DNA of 64,000 bases from the NCBI RefSeq assembly GCF_024521635.1, contig NW_026250417.1, positions 310,001-374,000 on the forward strand, read 5' to 3'. Positions within the stretch are counted from its first letter, which is position 1. Every line of letters starts with the position of its first letter. Under the pieces are notes generated by a model. The model was not told the DNA's origin and did no database searches. It saw only the letters and a program-made list of their open reading frames with translations. Origin of the DNA: Tricharina praecox (taxonomy: Eukaryota). A program made the translations under genes and the position numbers. Below are positions 24,469 to 37,211 of the stretch, in pieces.

Positions 24469-27400
24469 CTACTCGACCTTTGGTTTCGTAGAGACGACCG
24501 CCGGGTGTGGCAGGAACCACATCCGCTCGGCGCACTTGAGTGCCTCATCGATAAAGATCACGGGGAGCGAGATGTAGACGACCGCCTTCCACTCGTCCAT
24601 GTTGAGGGGGATGATTGAGAACAACGACTGTTTTCATGCATTAGTTATCAAAGCGAGAGGAGAGATCAGAGGGGGGGGGGGTAATGGACTAACCTGAAGA
24701 ACGGGAGTGTACAGCAGGGCAAAGTGCAGCAGCATGCTCAGGGCGATGGCAGCAACCAGCTTCATATTCCTCCACAGGGGCATAGTGAGCAGCGACTCGC
24801 TCGAGCTAAGGGCGTTCATGGCGTTGAACATTTCGATGACGACGAGGACGCTCAGGGACACGGTGGAGGCGGACTTGCTCATGTGGTTGCTGAACATGTC
24901 GCAGCCAATCTCGGAGAACTCGCGCGAGCAGCGGTGGAACGACGAGAGCTGCGAGAACGTGATCTGCGGGCCCGCGTGGTAGAACATGAACCACCAGGCG
25001 TAGCCGCAGACAGTGGCGAAGCCGACGTACGTGCCAATTACCATGTAGCGGAAGAAGAGCCAGCCGGTGACGAGGCGCTCATCGCGACCGCGAGGCGGAC
25101 GACGCATGATCTCGTTGTCCGGAGGGTTGAAGGAGAGGGCGGTGGCGGGAAGACCATCGGTGACCAGGTTGACCCAGAGGAGTTGCACGGGGATGAGTGC
25201 CTCAGGCATGCCGAGGGCAGCGGTGAGGAAGATGGAAACGACTTCTCCGATGTTGGAGGAGATCAGGTAACGGATGAACTGCTGGGTGTTGGAGTAGATG
25301 CTGCGTCCTTCTTCGATGGCAAGCTCGATGGTGGCAAAGTTGTCGTCGACGAGAACCATATCGGCAGCGAGCTTCGCAACGTCTGTTCCGGAACCCATTG
25401 CCACTCCGATATCGGCCTTCTTCAATGCTGGGGCATCGTTCACACCATCACCGGTCATGGCAACGACTTCACCAGCGCTCTGGAGAAGGTCAACGAGTTT
25501 GGACTTGTGAGCGGGCTCTGTGCGGGAGAACAAGCTGGCCCTCTGGGCAGCCGCCAACTTCTCGGAATCGCTCAAGGCATCAAATTCTCTTCCGGTGTAC
25601 GATTTTCCATCAAGTTTCTCATCCTCACCGAACACTCCGATCTGTCGGCAAATGGTCTCGGCGGTCTGCTTGTTATCACCGGTGATGACGACGACACGGA
25701 TACCAGCCTCGCGGCACTTCCGGATCGATTCCTTAACCTCAGGGCGGGGAGGGTCCAACATTCCGACGAGTCCAAGGAAAGTCATGTTCTGTTCCAAAGC
25801 GGCGTATTCCTCGGTGGTGGTGGCATTTCCGATGAGAGGGTGTCCAGAGATGTTATCAACAACGGCGAAAGCCATCACACGAAGACCACGGTTGGCATAC
25901 TCCGAGAGCTTCCTGTTCACTAACTCCCGGGTATCCGAGCGAAGAGGAACCTTGTTACCGTCGACACCAACCATAGCGGAGGTACACCTATCCAAGATGG
26001 ATTCCGGAGCACCTTTGACGAGCAAAACAGAGGAACCGTTGGTACCGGCAAGCACAGACATGCTCTTACGATCGCGGGAAAACTCGTAGGTCGCAATTCG
26101 GGGAAGGTAGGATTCGTAGTGTTTGCTGGCATCGTGCATGCGTTCTTTGATCGCAACGGAACCGGCGGAACCGTTGGCAGTGGCCTTAGGGGCACCAAGT
26201 TTCTCAACCATAACTTTGAGGGCACATTCCGTGGGTTCACCGACGTTGGTGAAGGCATTAGATTTGGCATCGTAGGCGATCGCGGAATCGTTGCAAATAC
26301 AGGCAACCTCAGCGAGTCTCTTAATGGTGACAGAGTGAGATGCAGCCACAAGCAGAACTTTACCGGTGGCGGTCTTGACTTCTCCGACCGGTGCGAAGCT
26401 AGTTCCAGCCAGGGTAAGTTCATCGAGGTCCATCTGGGATTCCGAGATAGTAACAGCCGTGGCGACGCTCATCTGGTTGGTGGTCAGAGTACCGGTCTTG
26501 TCCGAGCAGATAACACTACAGCTGCCCAGAGTCTCGACCGAAGGCAAGCTGCGCACAACGGCGTTCTTTGCAGCCATCCTGCGGGTTCCGAGGGCGAGAC
26601 AAGTAGTAATGACCACGGCGAGACCTTCCGGGATAGCAGCGACACCGAGCGAAACAGCAATCTTCAGGTAGTAGATGGCGCCCTTGACCCAACCGCCGTG
26701 TGCCTCATCGCTGAAGTTGCGGACGTTGATGAGCCAGACGACGATGCAGATAACCATGATGACCTTAGCCAGAATATCACCGAAGTCGTTAAGCTTCTGC
26801 TTGAGCGGGGTAGGGTCCGAGATTTGCGAAGTGATGCTGGTGTGGATATCTCCGATCGCCGTCGCATTGCCAGTCAAGACGACCACAGCTCTGGCATGTC
26901 CAACGGTAACAGTAGTTCCGGAGAAAAGCATATTGATCTGATCCTGCTTGACCGCAAGCTCATCCTTGACGGCGTGGGTATCCTTTCCAACACTCTCACT
27001 CTCACCGGTCAAGATAGCCTGGTCGATGCGGAAGCTGTTGCTCAGGACCGAAAGAACGCGGCAGTCGGCGGGGATCTGGTCTCCAACAGCAACATCGACG
27101 ATATCACCGGGAACGAGCTCATCGGCGCGGATGTGGGTAAGGTTTCCGTTTCTCAACACCTTGGCTTCGCTCGCCGAGTACTCGTTCAACGCGGAAATGG
27201 CGGCTTCGGCGCTGCTCTCTTGCGAGACTCCGACGACGGCATTGAGGATCAGGATGGTAAGGATCTATTCGGACCGTCAGCACTCCTTTTTCTCCTCCGA
27301 CAGAGCGGTAGAACTGACAACTGCGGGGTCTACAAAGGCGGTCTTGTCATCGCCACCCTCTAGTATCGCGAGCACGAACGAGATGGCGGCGGATGCGAGC

Positions 27401-27689
27401 AATATTATGACGAGCTGATCTTTAAACTGTTCGAGCACGAGCTGCCATAACGGCGTAGGAGGTTCTTCTGGTAGGGCTGGCAAGATGGCACTAGTATCAG
27501 CGCGACTGCAACCACCAACAACATCACGAACACCACCACCACCCCCTTTCTTTGAAGAAGGAGCTCCTTACAATTCTTCCCGTATTTGATTTGTGCATCT
27601 GTTACTTCCTTCTCGCTTAGACCCCTCTGTTCATCAACGTGGAAGAAGTTGAGGACCTCTTCTCCGCTCGTAGCGTATGCACGCTCCAT
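24469..27689 (-). CDS. SERCA-type (P2A) ER Ca2+-ATPase
   Basis: LTGES, AAIPEGL, DKTGTLT (26482-26502), [33 protein letters not shown]; last exon ends KPKVE*. Confidence 0.95.
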
Positions 27690-29333
27690 GACAACCCCTT
27701 GGAGAATGCCTCAGTAGTGGTCGTCGTTGGTGGTTAACCGGGTAGATTGTATTGTGTTCCTCGTGGACACGCGTATCCGACGTAGTGCTGAGCTGGCAGC
27801 TGGGTGATTTCGATTCGATTCGTGGGCTTGACGGAGAAGGGAGTCGTATCGAATAGGTGGTAAGGGAATGGTGATACTGCAGAACGCGCCGAAAGGGGGG
27901 TTCTGGTTCAAACAAAGAGTATTGAGAGAGTCGAGAAGAGAAAAAGAGAAGAAAGACAGAAGAAGATAAGAGGAAGTCTTTTTTCGACACTGGGGTCGGG
28001 GAAGGGGAACAGACAGGGCTCTAGATAGTTCTATCCAACCCTGACTAAACGTGTAGCTGCTGTTGAAATGTGTTCTTTTCGGATATGGTTTTAACTCCCT
28101 AGCTTGCCTGCGTTGACCTTTCTTCCCCTCGATTACTCTGCGGTGGTGGTGGTAGTACACAGCAATTCAAAAGGACCCAGCCTGGAGGTCTCCGTTGCCT
28201 TAACGAAACAGTTAATCTGCCACCCTGCCCAACGGTGCTGTCCAACTCATCTCAAGATACCTTGTCGCCCCGTGCCTGCTATTGACCCTCGAGCTCCAGC
28301 TATCAGACCTCCACCGTGCAGACACCACCACCAGATCCCCCAACTTTACCCGCAGCTTTCCGAAGCTCCGAGCCAGCCCCGCAAACCATCTAGCCCGAGA
28401 ATGGCGAGGATCCTTCGTTCCTATTACAAACTCCAACCCAACCTCAACCCAATCCAACCCAATGAATCTTCGCGTACCTACTTTTTCTTTGACAAAGGAG
28501 ATATTCTGCTGAGCTGATGAAAGCGTTCTCTTTTACGAAGTGCTTATGAAACTTTCCGGTCCTGTTACTGCTATCATTACCGACGGAACTCTATAATAGC
28601 CACCAAAGCATTCTCCATCCTAGAGGAATCGACAATAAAACCTATGTCGTCAAGGCCGAACTGAAGGATGAGATATGTACCTAAGGGATCGTAGCAAACA
28701 ATCGATGGGACGCATCACGAAAGTGGACACGCCGCGATCCTTTGAGAACCAGTGTCGTTCATAGAACGGAGTGATGGTGTAGGAAGATGTATCGCGATCT
28801 TCGTCGAAGCTCCGTCCCCTCGACGTCCATAGGTAGGTGCTCTAGCAGCTACTCCACACAACACAACACCTCCACACAACACAATACCTCCACACAACAC
28901 AACACCTCCACATCTCAGCCCTCGGCGGTATAGACTCTAGTATTGGTCCCGTATTCACCAAATGTCCGGACACCTTTGAGGTCATCTAGTATGTAGAGGC
29001 GGATTGTATATACTTAGTAGCTTGATGGGAAACAAAGAGACTGTGCGGAAAGCGACCAGGGCTGTGGAATACCTACCTAGTGCTGGGTCTGAGGCACTGA
29101 TTGAAAATAAGTGAAACCGACAGAGAATAGCATGGGATTCGGGCCTTTCTGTTGTTTCTGACATGGGCTCTGCATAGGTAACCTTCTCCCCACAAATATC
29201 TGGTGAACTGTAGATACTCTAAGAACCGACGCCCTCGCCCGTATGTAGAGTACTCTACATACAAACATATCACACCCAATCAAGCCCCACGTGGCTCATG
29301 CTCATGCAACCCGCAACCTGCATCCGTCGAACG

Positions 29334-29396
29334 CCTCCCATCCGCCTCCCATCCGCCTCCCATCCGCCTCCCATCCGCCTCCCATCCGCCTCCCAT
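29334..29396. repeat. (CCATCCGCCTC)n 11-mer tandem repeat, about 5-6 copies
   Basis: Direct reading. Confidence 0.9.
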
Positions 29397-30490
29397 CCCC
29401 ATCCATCCCCCATTCATCCCCCATCTCGTCCATTTGAATTTTGAGCTCAGGTACCAGTACCGGAAAACCGAGCCGACCCAGCTCTGGCTTTGGCTTTGGC
29501 CCAGCTTTGGCCACCACGGAAAATAAAACATGAAAAAAAGTATGTAAAAATAAAATCTTCACAGGTGACACTGGACAAAACTTAAAAGTGGATAACGGCA
29601 CTGGGCACTGGGCAGACGGAGTGAGAGATGGAGGGAGGTCACCAGTGAGCGAAGGAGGTGGCGGAGCAAAAGAAAAGAGATTGGAGTAGGTTTGGTGACA
29701 AAACTACGGATGGCTTCCGGCGCATGCGGGTAAAGTGCTGGTAACTAGTGTCTAGTGGATTGTTAGCCGCGAAGCTGGCGCGCTTATGTACTGTAGACAT
29801 CCATGATCCGGGCCGATGACTTCGCGGGGAAGATGGCCGAAGGCCAAAGTTCGAAGGCCGAAATTCTTGACCCCACGGAACATGAAACATCCCAATCCCA
29901 GCCTCAACCTTATATGTATAAGCACTCGGGATCCGGACGTGGGCATTTGAGCGTGGCTTGCTGGCTGGCCAGCCAATTACAACCTGCATATATGCCTACA
30001 CCTATGCTCAAGGACGTGATGGTGATAGCATAGGTGTCCAATAATCCGGACCACCGCGACGGCGCCGGAAGAGATAAGGAAGCACATGTCATCAGGACAA
30101 GCTGGCCACAGCGAGTGTAGTCGGAACTGTACCGTTACGGCACCATAATAATACAGAAAACAGGAACCCTTCAGTTCTGATGCGAAAGTGAGCAAGTGTG
30201 GCAACGAAAAGCCCCCCGCCCCCAAAGTAGCAAGTAATGTAATGTACAAAGATTGAGTGAAAAATGCAAACCCCCACTCCCCCACTCGCCGTCTAAATCC
30301 AATCCAATCCCATCGTACGCCCACCCACCGGCCGGCCGGCCCATCCAGAATCATCTCACATTTCTCGTCTTGTACATTGATTGTCCCACCCCCAAACGAA
30401 CGAACGAACGAACGAAACACCTTTTTTGTACCAACAAACTCATAGAGTCGAGAGAGAGAAAGAGAAAAAAAACACCGCCGCTCCGCACCA

Positions 30491-31216
30491 TTACAGCAGC
30501 GCCTTCGAACCGACGCTCCACGTTGCCGCCGCCGCACTCACGATACCCGCCGACACAGCCATGGGCCTGACGCCCCTAGTACTCTTAAAGATCGCGCCGG
30601 CGATCAACCCGCTGATGACAGAGTTCGCGGTATCATGTTTCCCACGGTAGTATCCGACGGTGCTGTTGATGCCATTGTAGACCATGGCGAGGACACCCGC
30701 GCTGTTGCCCATGAACGGGCCTCTCCGCGTAATGGCATTGAGCACGCCGTTGAGCTTTAGGCGTGGCGGGGAGTTGGCCGGAGTCTTGTTCAGCCCCTCG
30801 ACCAGGCCCCAGGCGCCACCTAGTGATAGCGCGATGAGATATGTGGCGCCCGTGCCGTAGCAGAGGTCGTCGGACCAGCCTCGTGATGGTAGCGCGGTGC
30901 GGGCTCCCGGCAGCGACGAGAGCGCCGCGTCGTCGAGGTCGAGGTACGTCAGGTCGCCGCCGAGACCGGCGAGCGGGTGTAGCGTCGAGGGGTCGTTGGT
31001 TGCAGGCTTGAGGAAGGAGGATACATCGCCGGCAGCGGCGTAGTCGAAGGTGGGTTGGTGGGCGTGTGAGGTGAAGGATGATGTGGGTGCAGTGTCGCCG
31101 GCGTCTGGAGGCGGCGCCGGATCGGCGGATGTAGAAGGGCGGGCGGTAGGGGCGGAGATCGAGGACGAAGAGGTGGTGGATTTCCGGCCGGTCAAGGCAT
31201 CCCAGAAGGAAGACAT
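30491..31216 (-). CDS. TIM23: Mitochondrial inner-membrane translocase subunit Tim23
   Basis: MSSFWDALTG..LHPLAGL..LPSRGWSDDLCYGTG..LNAITRRGPFMGNSAGVLAMVYNGIN..GAIFKSTRG; intronless. Confidence 0.93.
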   Translation of the reverse strand: MSSFWDALTGRKSTTSSSSISAPTARPSTSADPAPPPDAGDTAPTSSFTSHAHQPTFDYAAAGDVSSFLKPATNDPSTLHPLAGLGGDLTYLDLDDAALSSLPGARTALPSRGWSDDLCYGTGATYLIALSLGGAWGLVEGLNKTPANSPPRLKLNGVLNAITRRGPFMGNSAGVLAMVYNGINSTVGYYRGKHDTANSVISGLIAGAIFKSTRGVRPMAVSAGIVSAAAATWSVGSKALL

Positions 31217-32849
31217 CTTGAAGGGTGTTTGGTGCGAGGTGCGTTGACTAAAGGAAAAAACGAAGGGTCGTGGGTGGCCGAGGAGGTTGTGGGGTTGAGC
31301 TGGTGGTGGATGTCGGGCAGCTTGGATTGGGTTTGCCGCCTTTTTTTCTCCCAAAAACTTTACGTCTTCCGAGATCGTTACCCGGTCACCTAGTTCATGG
31401 TATCTCACTCGGGTATCTCACGGCTTCAAGTCGTGAGAAATCGCCAGAAATCGAGAGAGGAAAGCCGTGCGGCTTCTTGTCCGTACCTGTATAAGAAAAT
31501 TGACCTTCCTCCTCCCACTCAGCTTTAAACCGAATAGAATGCACTTTGACTGGGGGATCGACGCACAATTGCAGTTCACCCCGGCCTGGACCGAAGCCAA
31601 GCTTTCCGGAGCCTCATCCCACATTCGTTTCCCCGCTGATTATCCGATTCCAAGTCAAGGGTCGGATAGGTACTACCCATAGAGTGTTCCTGGGATCTTG
31701 CGTTAAGTCCATTGCTTGCCTGCTTGAGAAACAAAGAAGTCTCCCTTCCTCCTGTCCTCGTCTGTCCATCCTTCCTCCCCTCACCTACAACACAAAACTT
31801 AAACTCTCTCTCTCTTCTTCATTGCACACACACAAATCTAGCTTTTCAAACCACTCTTTTTTGTCATGTTCTGTTCCATTGGTTTCGGGAAATGGCAGCT
31901 GGGAAACCACATACGCAACGGGAATGTCTGCCGGGGCCCTACATACATTGAAGGATTTCCTACTAGGTATGATACGAGTATCCTACGCCACACAAGGACG
32001 AGCCCTTGATGTCTTGGATCCTGAGGAATACACGCAACACAATCACGGTGAACCATGAATTGGATGGAACAGCGGTCCATCGATGATGTGCGAGGTGAAG
32101 CAATACCAAAGCAAGGGCACGCTAGATGGGGCCATAAACACTACCGTGATTGTGGGCTGTCTGATTTCTACGAGGACGAGAGGCCGAGGTTGTCACAGAA
32201 AGGAATGGGAACGAAACGACTTGGCCGGACGAGGTGGACGAGCTCGTTCATCAAACCGGTGTCGTTGGCGATCCAGCACTGCACCGGCCTGCTTCTCTTC
32301 ATGCCTATACGGAAGCTTACTCATGAGCTGTACAGGTACCTATGCTAGTCGTAGATGATACGGCACTGCACCGGTCTCCTTCTCTTCGTATCTGGATGGA
32401 AGCTTACTCATGAGCTGTATAGGTACCTATGCTAGCCATGCAGTCATCCCCCTTTATCATATCTGACAAAACCTGGGTACCGAACCGGTGTTGTCGAAAG
32501 CGGAAAGGATGGGTAAAGTCCTTCCGCAGGCGAGACAGGGAGTGAGGGAAATCATTGTTGGCCCTTGGATTTGGAACTGGTGTGGGTTTGGTGCGCATGG
32601 GACGGTGCCGATCGACACGAAGCGCTAGAATGGAAGTCCGATTGGCTGAATGGGAGGGACGGAGGACAATGATTGGCTACGCGGGATATGCTTCACGACG
32701 CAAAAAGGAAACCGATGTGCAGACAAAGGCAACAATCATTCTTGCCGTTATTGGTTACAATACAATTTTGCTAATACGACTGTCTAACGAACCATAATGT
32801 CCCTGCCTTCCCTAACCTCCCGGAAAAAGAGCTAATGACTATGAACCGA

Positions 32850-33465
32850 TTACAACAAGAATAAAGCGGCGGCGGCGGCACCGAGACCGAGACCCGAGAT
32901 ACCAAACTTGCTGGCAGCACCCGTCTCGGCAGCAGCGGCGGCGGAGGAGAGGGCCGAGGAGACGGCGGTGGCCGAGGCGGAGACGCCGGACGCACGGGAT
33001 CCGCTGGCGGAGGCGGTAGACGAGGCGGTAGCGGTCAATGAGGCGATTACGGCCGAAGGGATTGGGGCACCGGCCCTCGAACAGAAGTCCTGAGCAAACA
33101 CCAGTGACTCTATTTCGGTGCTACGTCAGTGATCATGACGCCCAACACTGTGTACTCGCAGCAGGTGTGACTTACTCTTCTGATCCTCGACGCTACAGGC
33201 ACTGTTGACGCAACCGGAAATGCTGGAAAGGAAATCCTCCTTTCCACAGATGCATTTAAAGTTTGTGTCGCTGCAGTCGGTGGATCCGAGGCTGGACATG
33301 GCACAGGCAGTCTAAAGGCACAAAATGTCAGCCCCCCGTGGTCGTGGTCGTGGTAGAGATCGGGATGGTTGTTCGTCGACGTACCGCACAGGTCGGGAGA
33401 CCATCGAGCTGGGCATTGACGGTGGCCACCGCGGCAGCAATGAAGAGGGCAGTGCTGTACTTCAT
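32850..33465 (-). CDS. Secreted CFEM-domain, GPI-anchored protein
   Basis: Signal peptide MKYSTALFIAAAVATVNA; LPTCA|TACAMSSLGSTDCSDTNFKCICGKEDFLSSISGCVNSAC (exon 33176-33311)..FC gives 8 Cys; Ser/Ala-rich stalk; hydrophobic C-terminal GPI signal. Confidence 0.88.
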
Positions 33466-34976
33466 TTTGATTGGGTTGAGACGGTTGATTGAAGGTGAAG
33501 GTGAGGAGATTAAAAAGCGGTATCGAACGATTGAAGACGGATTGAAAGTGGAGAAGAAGAGTCGTGGGATGGAATCAACAACAGCAAACTGGAGGTGTAG
33601 GGGAGTCGGGGGGAGGGGAGCATAATTTATACCAGCAACCGGGCAAATCGCCCTGACGCCACCAGCCCCGTTTGGAAGGGACCACTCTCCTGTGAGATGC
33701 ACCTCGTTGTCTGGTCCACTTCTTTTTTGCCCGATCACCTATGGGTTAGCCTCTTCCCCACAAACTCGCAGCATACATAAACAACCCACGAGCTGCGATC
33801 CAGCAGGACCGACGACTGGGGGAGCTATCTTGGGGACTCATTTGGCCAGCTCGTTACACCGCAAGGGGCGAAAGTGCCGCCCACCATCAGGTTTCGGCTA
33901 GTGAAGTCCGTGTTTTATGTTTGCGAGGTTAGCCTACGCAGGGAACCAAGTGCCGGCGAGCGCTGGACCAGGGCGAGCAATCCTCATGGCTCGAGGATCG
34001 AGACACCGGTGGAGCGGTGCACCGACTAGCACCTCCTAGCAGGGCCGCCCAGCCCTCGCCGGTAGGGATGCCTGAAGCCGCAATCACGAAAGGAAGCGAG
34101 ACGGTGCGCGCGGGATGTAGCGAACGGGCATGCGCATATGTGGGAATGGCACACTTTGCTCTCTCTGCTCTCTCTCTCCAGCGCAGATTTGTTTTGTTTT
34201 GGTTTATTTGTCCACTCTCCCTCCAGCGCAGGTTCGTTTTATTTTGGTTTATCTGTCCACTCCCCAGTGCAGATTGCAGTGCAGCGTTACGTGCACGATG
34301 GATACGATGGGCACACAGTAGGCACATACTCGGGCATCGTGCACTGCGCTCCAGGTCTTGAGCGACCTGGTCGTCGCCACGGAGCACCATACGCTCAGCA
34401 AGCCTCCAGTCAAGGGTCTGAGTCGAGCAGCTCCGCAAGTGCCACCGCCGATCTGCCCGACTGCATGCACCATCCTCGGCCCATCGAATACCGCTGGACT
34501 TGGTTGACTGAGGCCCAGCCACGCAGGATGCACACCCGTCGTGCATCCCCCCTCTATGCCCTTTGAAGCCCGTTCCCGGAGCGTACCGCCATTACCCTTT
34601 CGCTTGGCTTCCACAATCGAACTTGCGTTTGTCGACCTCACTCACTCCGTCCACCTCCCGAACGTGCGCAGACTGCCTACTCTACGCTCTCACTTGCAGA
34701 AGGCCATCCAGGTCCACGGTTGATCACATCGACAACATCCCATCTCCTCATCCTAACTCCACAACACCTCTCCATACAATAACTCCACAAAACCCCTCCA
34801 TATCATAACTCCACAACACCCCTCCATACGCCCGTGACCTCACGAACTTCGATAAACATGGGTTTGGGAATCCTCGAAGATCGACAGATGAAGCATGTGC
34901 CCGGTATTTATATGCCCTGTTCCGCCTATTATACTTCACGCCATCTTCCGGTCCGTGTTAGCTAACGAGCTATGCA

Positions 34977-37211
34977 ATGAAAAAAGGCACGGCTCAGATG
35001 AACTCTACCTCAGAGCTCGATCCCACTGTCAACGAAGGCAATCAATTGGACCCGAGGCTCAAGTACGATTTATCGGGGAAGAAGCCTATCGTGCTGATTC
35101 CACAACCTTCTGACGATCCCGATGATCCACTGGTATGCTTGCAACGACATCCCGTCATACTAGTCATTAGCCCGGACGATCATGGTGCTGACGAAGCTGG
35201 TGATGGAAGAATTGGTCGCTGGCGAAGAGAGATACCATCACCTTTGTTCTGTGTCTTGTGTCGGTGAGCATCCCCTCTTGGGCGTGCTCTCTGTGGGGGA
35301 CTGTGCTGACGCAAACCGTAGATCATGGCCGCTACGTAGGTGTCCGCCCGTTCTTGCTTGATCGGAAGGTCCTGACTCACACGATATAGGCTCGGCCCGA
35401 TTCTCGCTGCCAATACCGTCACGCTAGCATTCTACTTTGACAAGACTTTCACGCAGGTTGCACTGCTGACTGGTTCGTTGGCCCGCCTACCCTCCCACCG
35501 TTGCGAGTTCATCGTTGACATGTTGAAGGATGGCATCTACTCGGCGTTGGTGTTGCCGGCTTCATCTTTGTACCTTCCGCGAGAGTGTGGGGAAAGAGAC
35601 ACCTCTACATTCTCGGCACGGTATTGTTGGTCGTAAGCTCTATTTGGGGTGGCGCTGCACAGTCTTACAACTCTTTGCTTTGGGCAAGAGTGATTCAGGG
35701 TGTTGCTGTCACGCCGTTCGAGGCGTTGGTCAATGCTTCGATTGGAGACTTGTGAGATCCCAAAGGGTGGAGAGAAAGTGAAGTATAGAGAGCTAATATG
35801 TGGTGACAGATACCCAGTGCATGTATGTCAACTTCTTCGCTTGGAGAGGTAGAGGAATTAAGGATTGACTCGGGTTTAGCAACGTGGCAAGAGGATGGCC
35901 TTCACTAACTTTGCGCTATATGGCGGAGCTTTCTTCACGCCGGTAATCGTGGGAAAGATGACGTTTGAGATGTCGTGGAGATGGCCGTTCTACTTTGTCG
36001 GAATATTCTCCGGAATTATGCTTCCTGCTGTAGGTTCACCCCCGGGACGAAGGCACTGGAATATGGCTAACCGGGTGAAAAGGTATTCTTTTTAGTCCCA
36101 GAGACTGCCTTTCGCCGGGAAATTAACACAGATATGGCATCCACCGAGAACTTAATGTACCCACAGGATACACAGGATACAATTGCCAACCAGCAGCGGC
36201 AGTCGTCGGTAGAGCTCATGCCCACCAAACAGTCTGAAGAGCATTCGCAGCAAGCATCGGAGAATGGAGAGCATTCGCAGCAGGCATCGGAGAATGGAGA
36301 GCAAGCATCTCCGAAAACCTCAACACCCTACTTCAAGAGCCTCGCTCTCTTCAACGGGCGCAAAACCGACGAGAGCGTGCTCAAACTTGTCCTGCGACCG
36401 TTCCCGTTGTTACTCCATCCCGCGATCCTCTGGGGAATGCTTACACAAGGTGCACTGATCGGATGGACCGTCATGATCGGTGTTGTCTTGGGAATTATCG
36501 TAAGCCCCTCCAACCTTTCCTTCAAATTGTCATTCGGCATTTGCTGACAGATATCCAGTTCATGGGCCCACCCCTCTGGTTCTCCGAAGTAAAAACTGGT
36601 TACATGTACACCGGTGCCTTCGTGGGTGCAATGTTAGGCTTCCTCGTCTCGGGCTTGCTCTCCGACTGGTCCGCCAAAGCTCTCTCTAAGCGTAACAACG
36701 GCGTCTACGAACCCGAATTCCGGATCCTCCTCGTTATCCCTCAAACGGTGCTCGGCGTGATCGGCCTCATTGGCTTCGGCCTCACCTGCAGCGACATTGC
36801 CAAATACGGCCCCTACCTCCCCTCCTTCTTCTTTGGCATGGAGGTAATGGGCATGATCCTTGGTGCCACCGCCAGTGCCCTCTATCTCGTCGACGCGCAT
36901 AGAGACCTCGCCATCGAGAGCTTTACGTGTCTTCTGTTGTTCAAGAACTTCTTCTCGTTCGGACTCACGTGGAAGGCTGTTGATTGGGTCGCGGAGGCGG
37001 GCGTGTGGAGGATATTTTGGATTCTGGGCGTGGTCCAGGTTGTCGTTGGACTACTCAGTGTGCCGATGTGTAAGTCCTCCCGGAGGAGAAGAGCCCTCGT
37101 GATGATTAGGAGCCGGGCTGATGAAGTGTGGTGTGCACAGATATCTTTGGAAAACGAAACCGCTCGTTTTTCCACCGCCACGACATCCTGGAGATGACGA
37201 AGCTCCGCTGA
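34977..37211 (+). CDS. Major facilitator superfamily transporter (HOL1/DHA1-like), multi-intron
   Basis: LIPQPSDDPDDPLNWS, SARVWGKRHLY, WRWPFYFVGIF, FFLVPET, NNGVYEPEFRI, YIFGKRNR; stop TGA 37209-37211. Start could be 34977 or 34998. Confidence 0.85.

Noticed and set aside
24724..27363. Long + strand ORFs (399 and 414 aa) opposite SERCA, and similar antisense ORFs over the IZH, TPS3 and Rad60 genes
   Set aside because: Antisense shadows caused by GC-rich codon bias; no recognisable domains.
28514..28570. CTGATGA..GAAAC..GTC resembling a hammerhead ribozyme core
   Set aside because: Stem I has only 2 bp and stems II and III are poorly closed.
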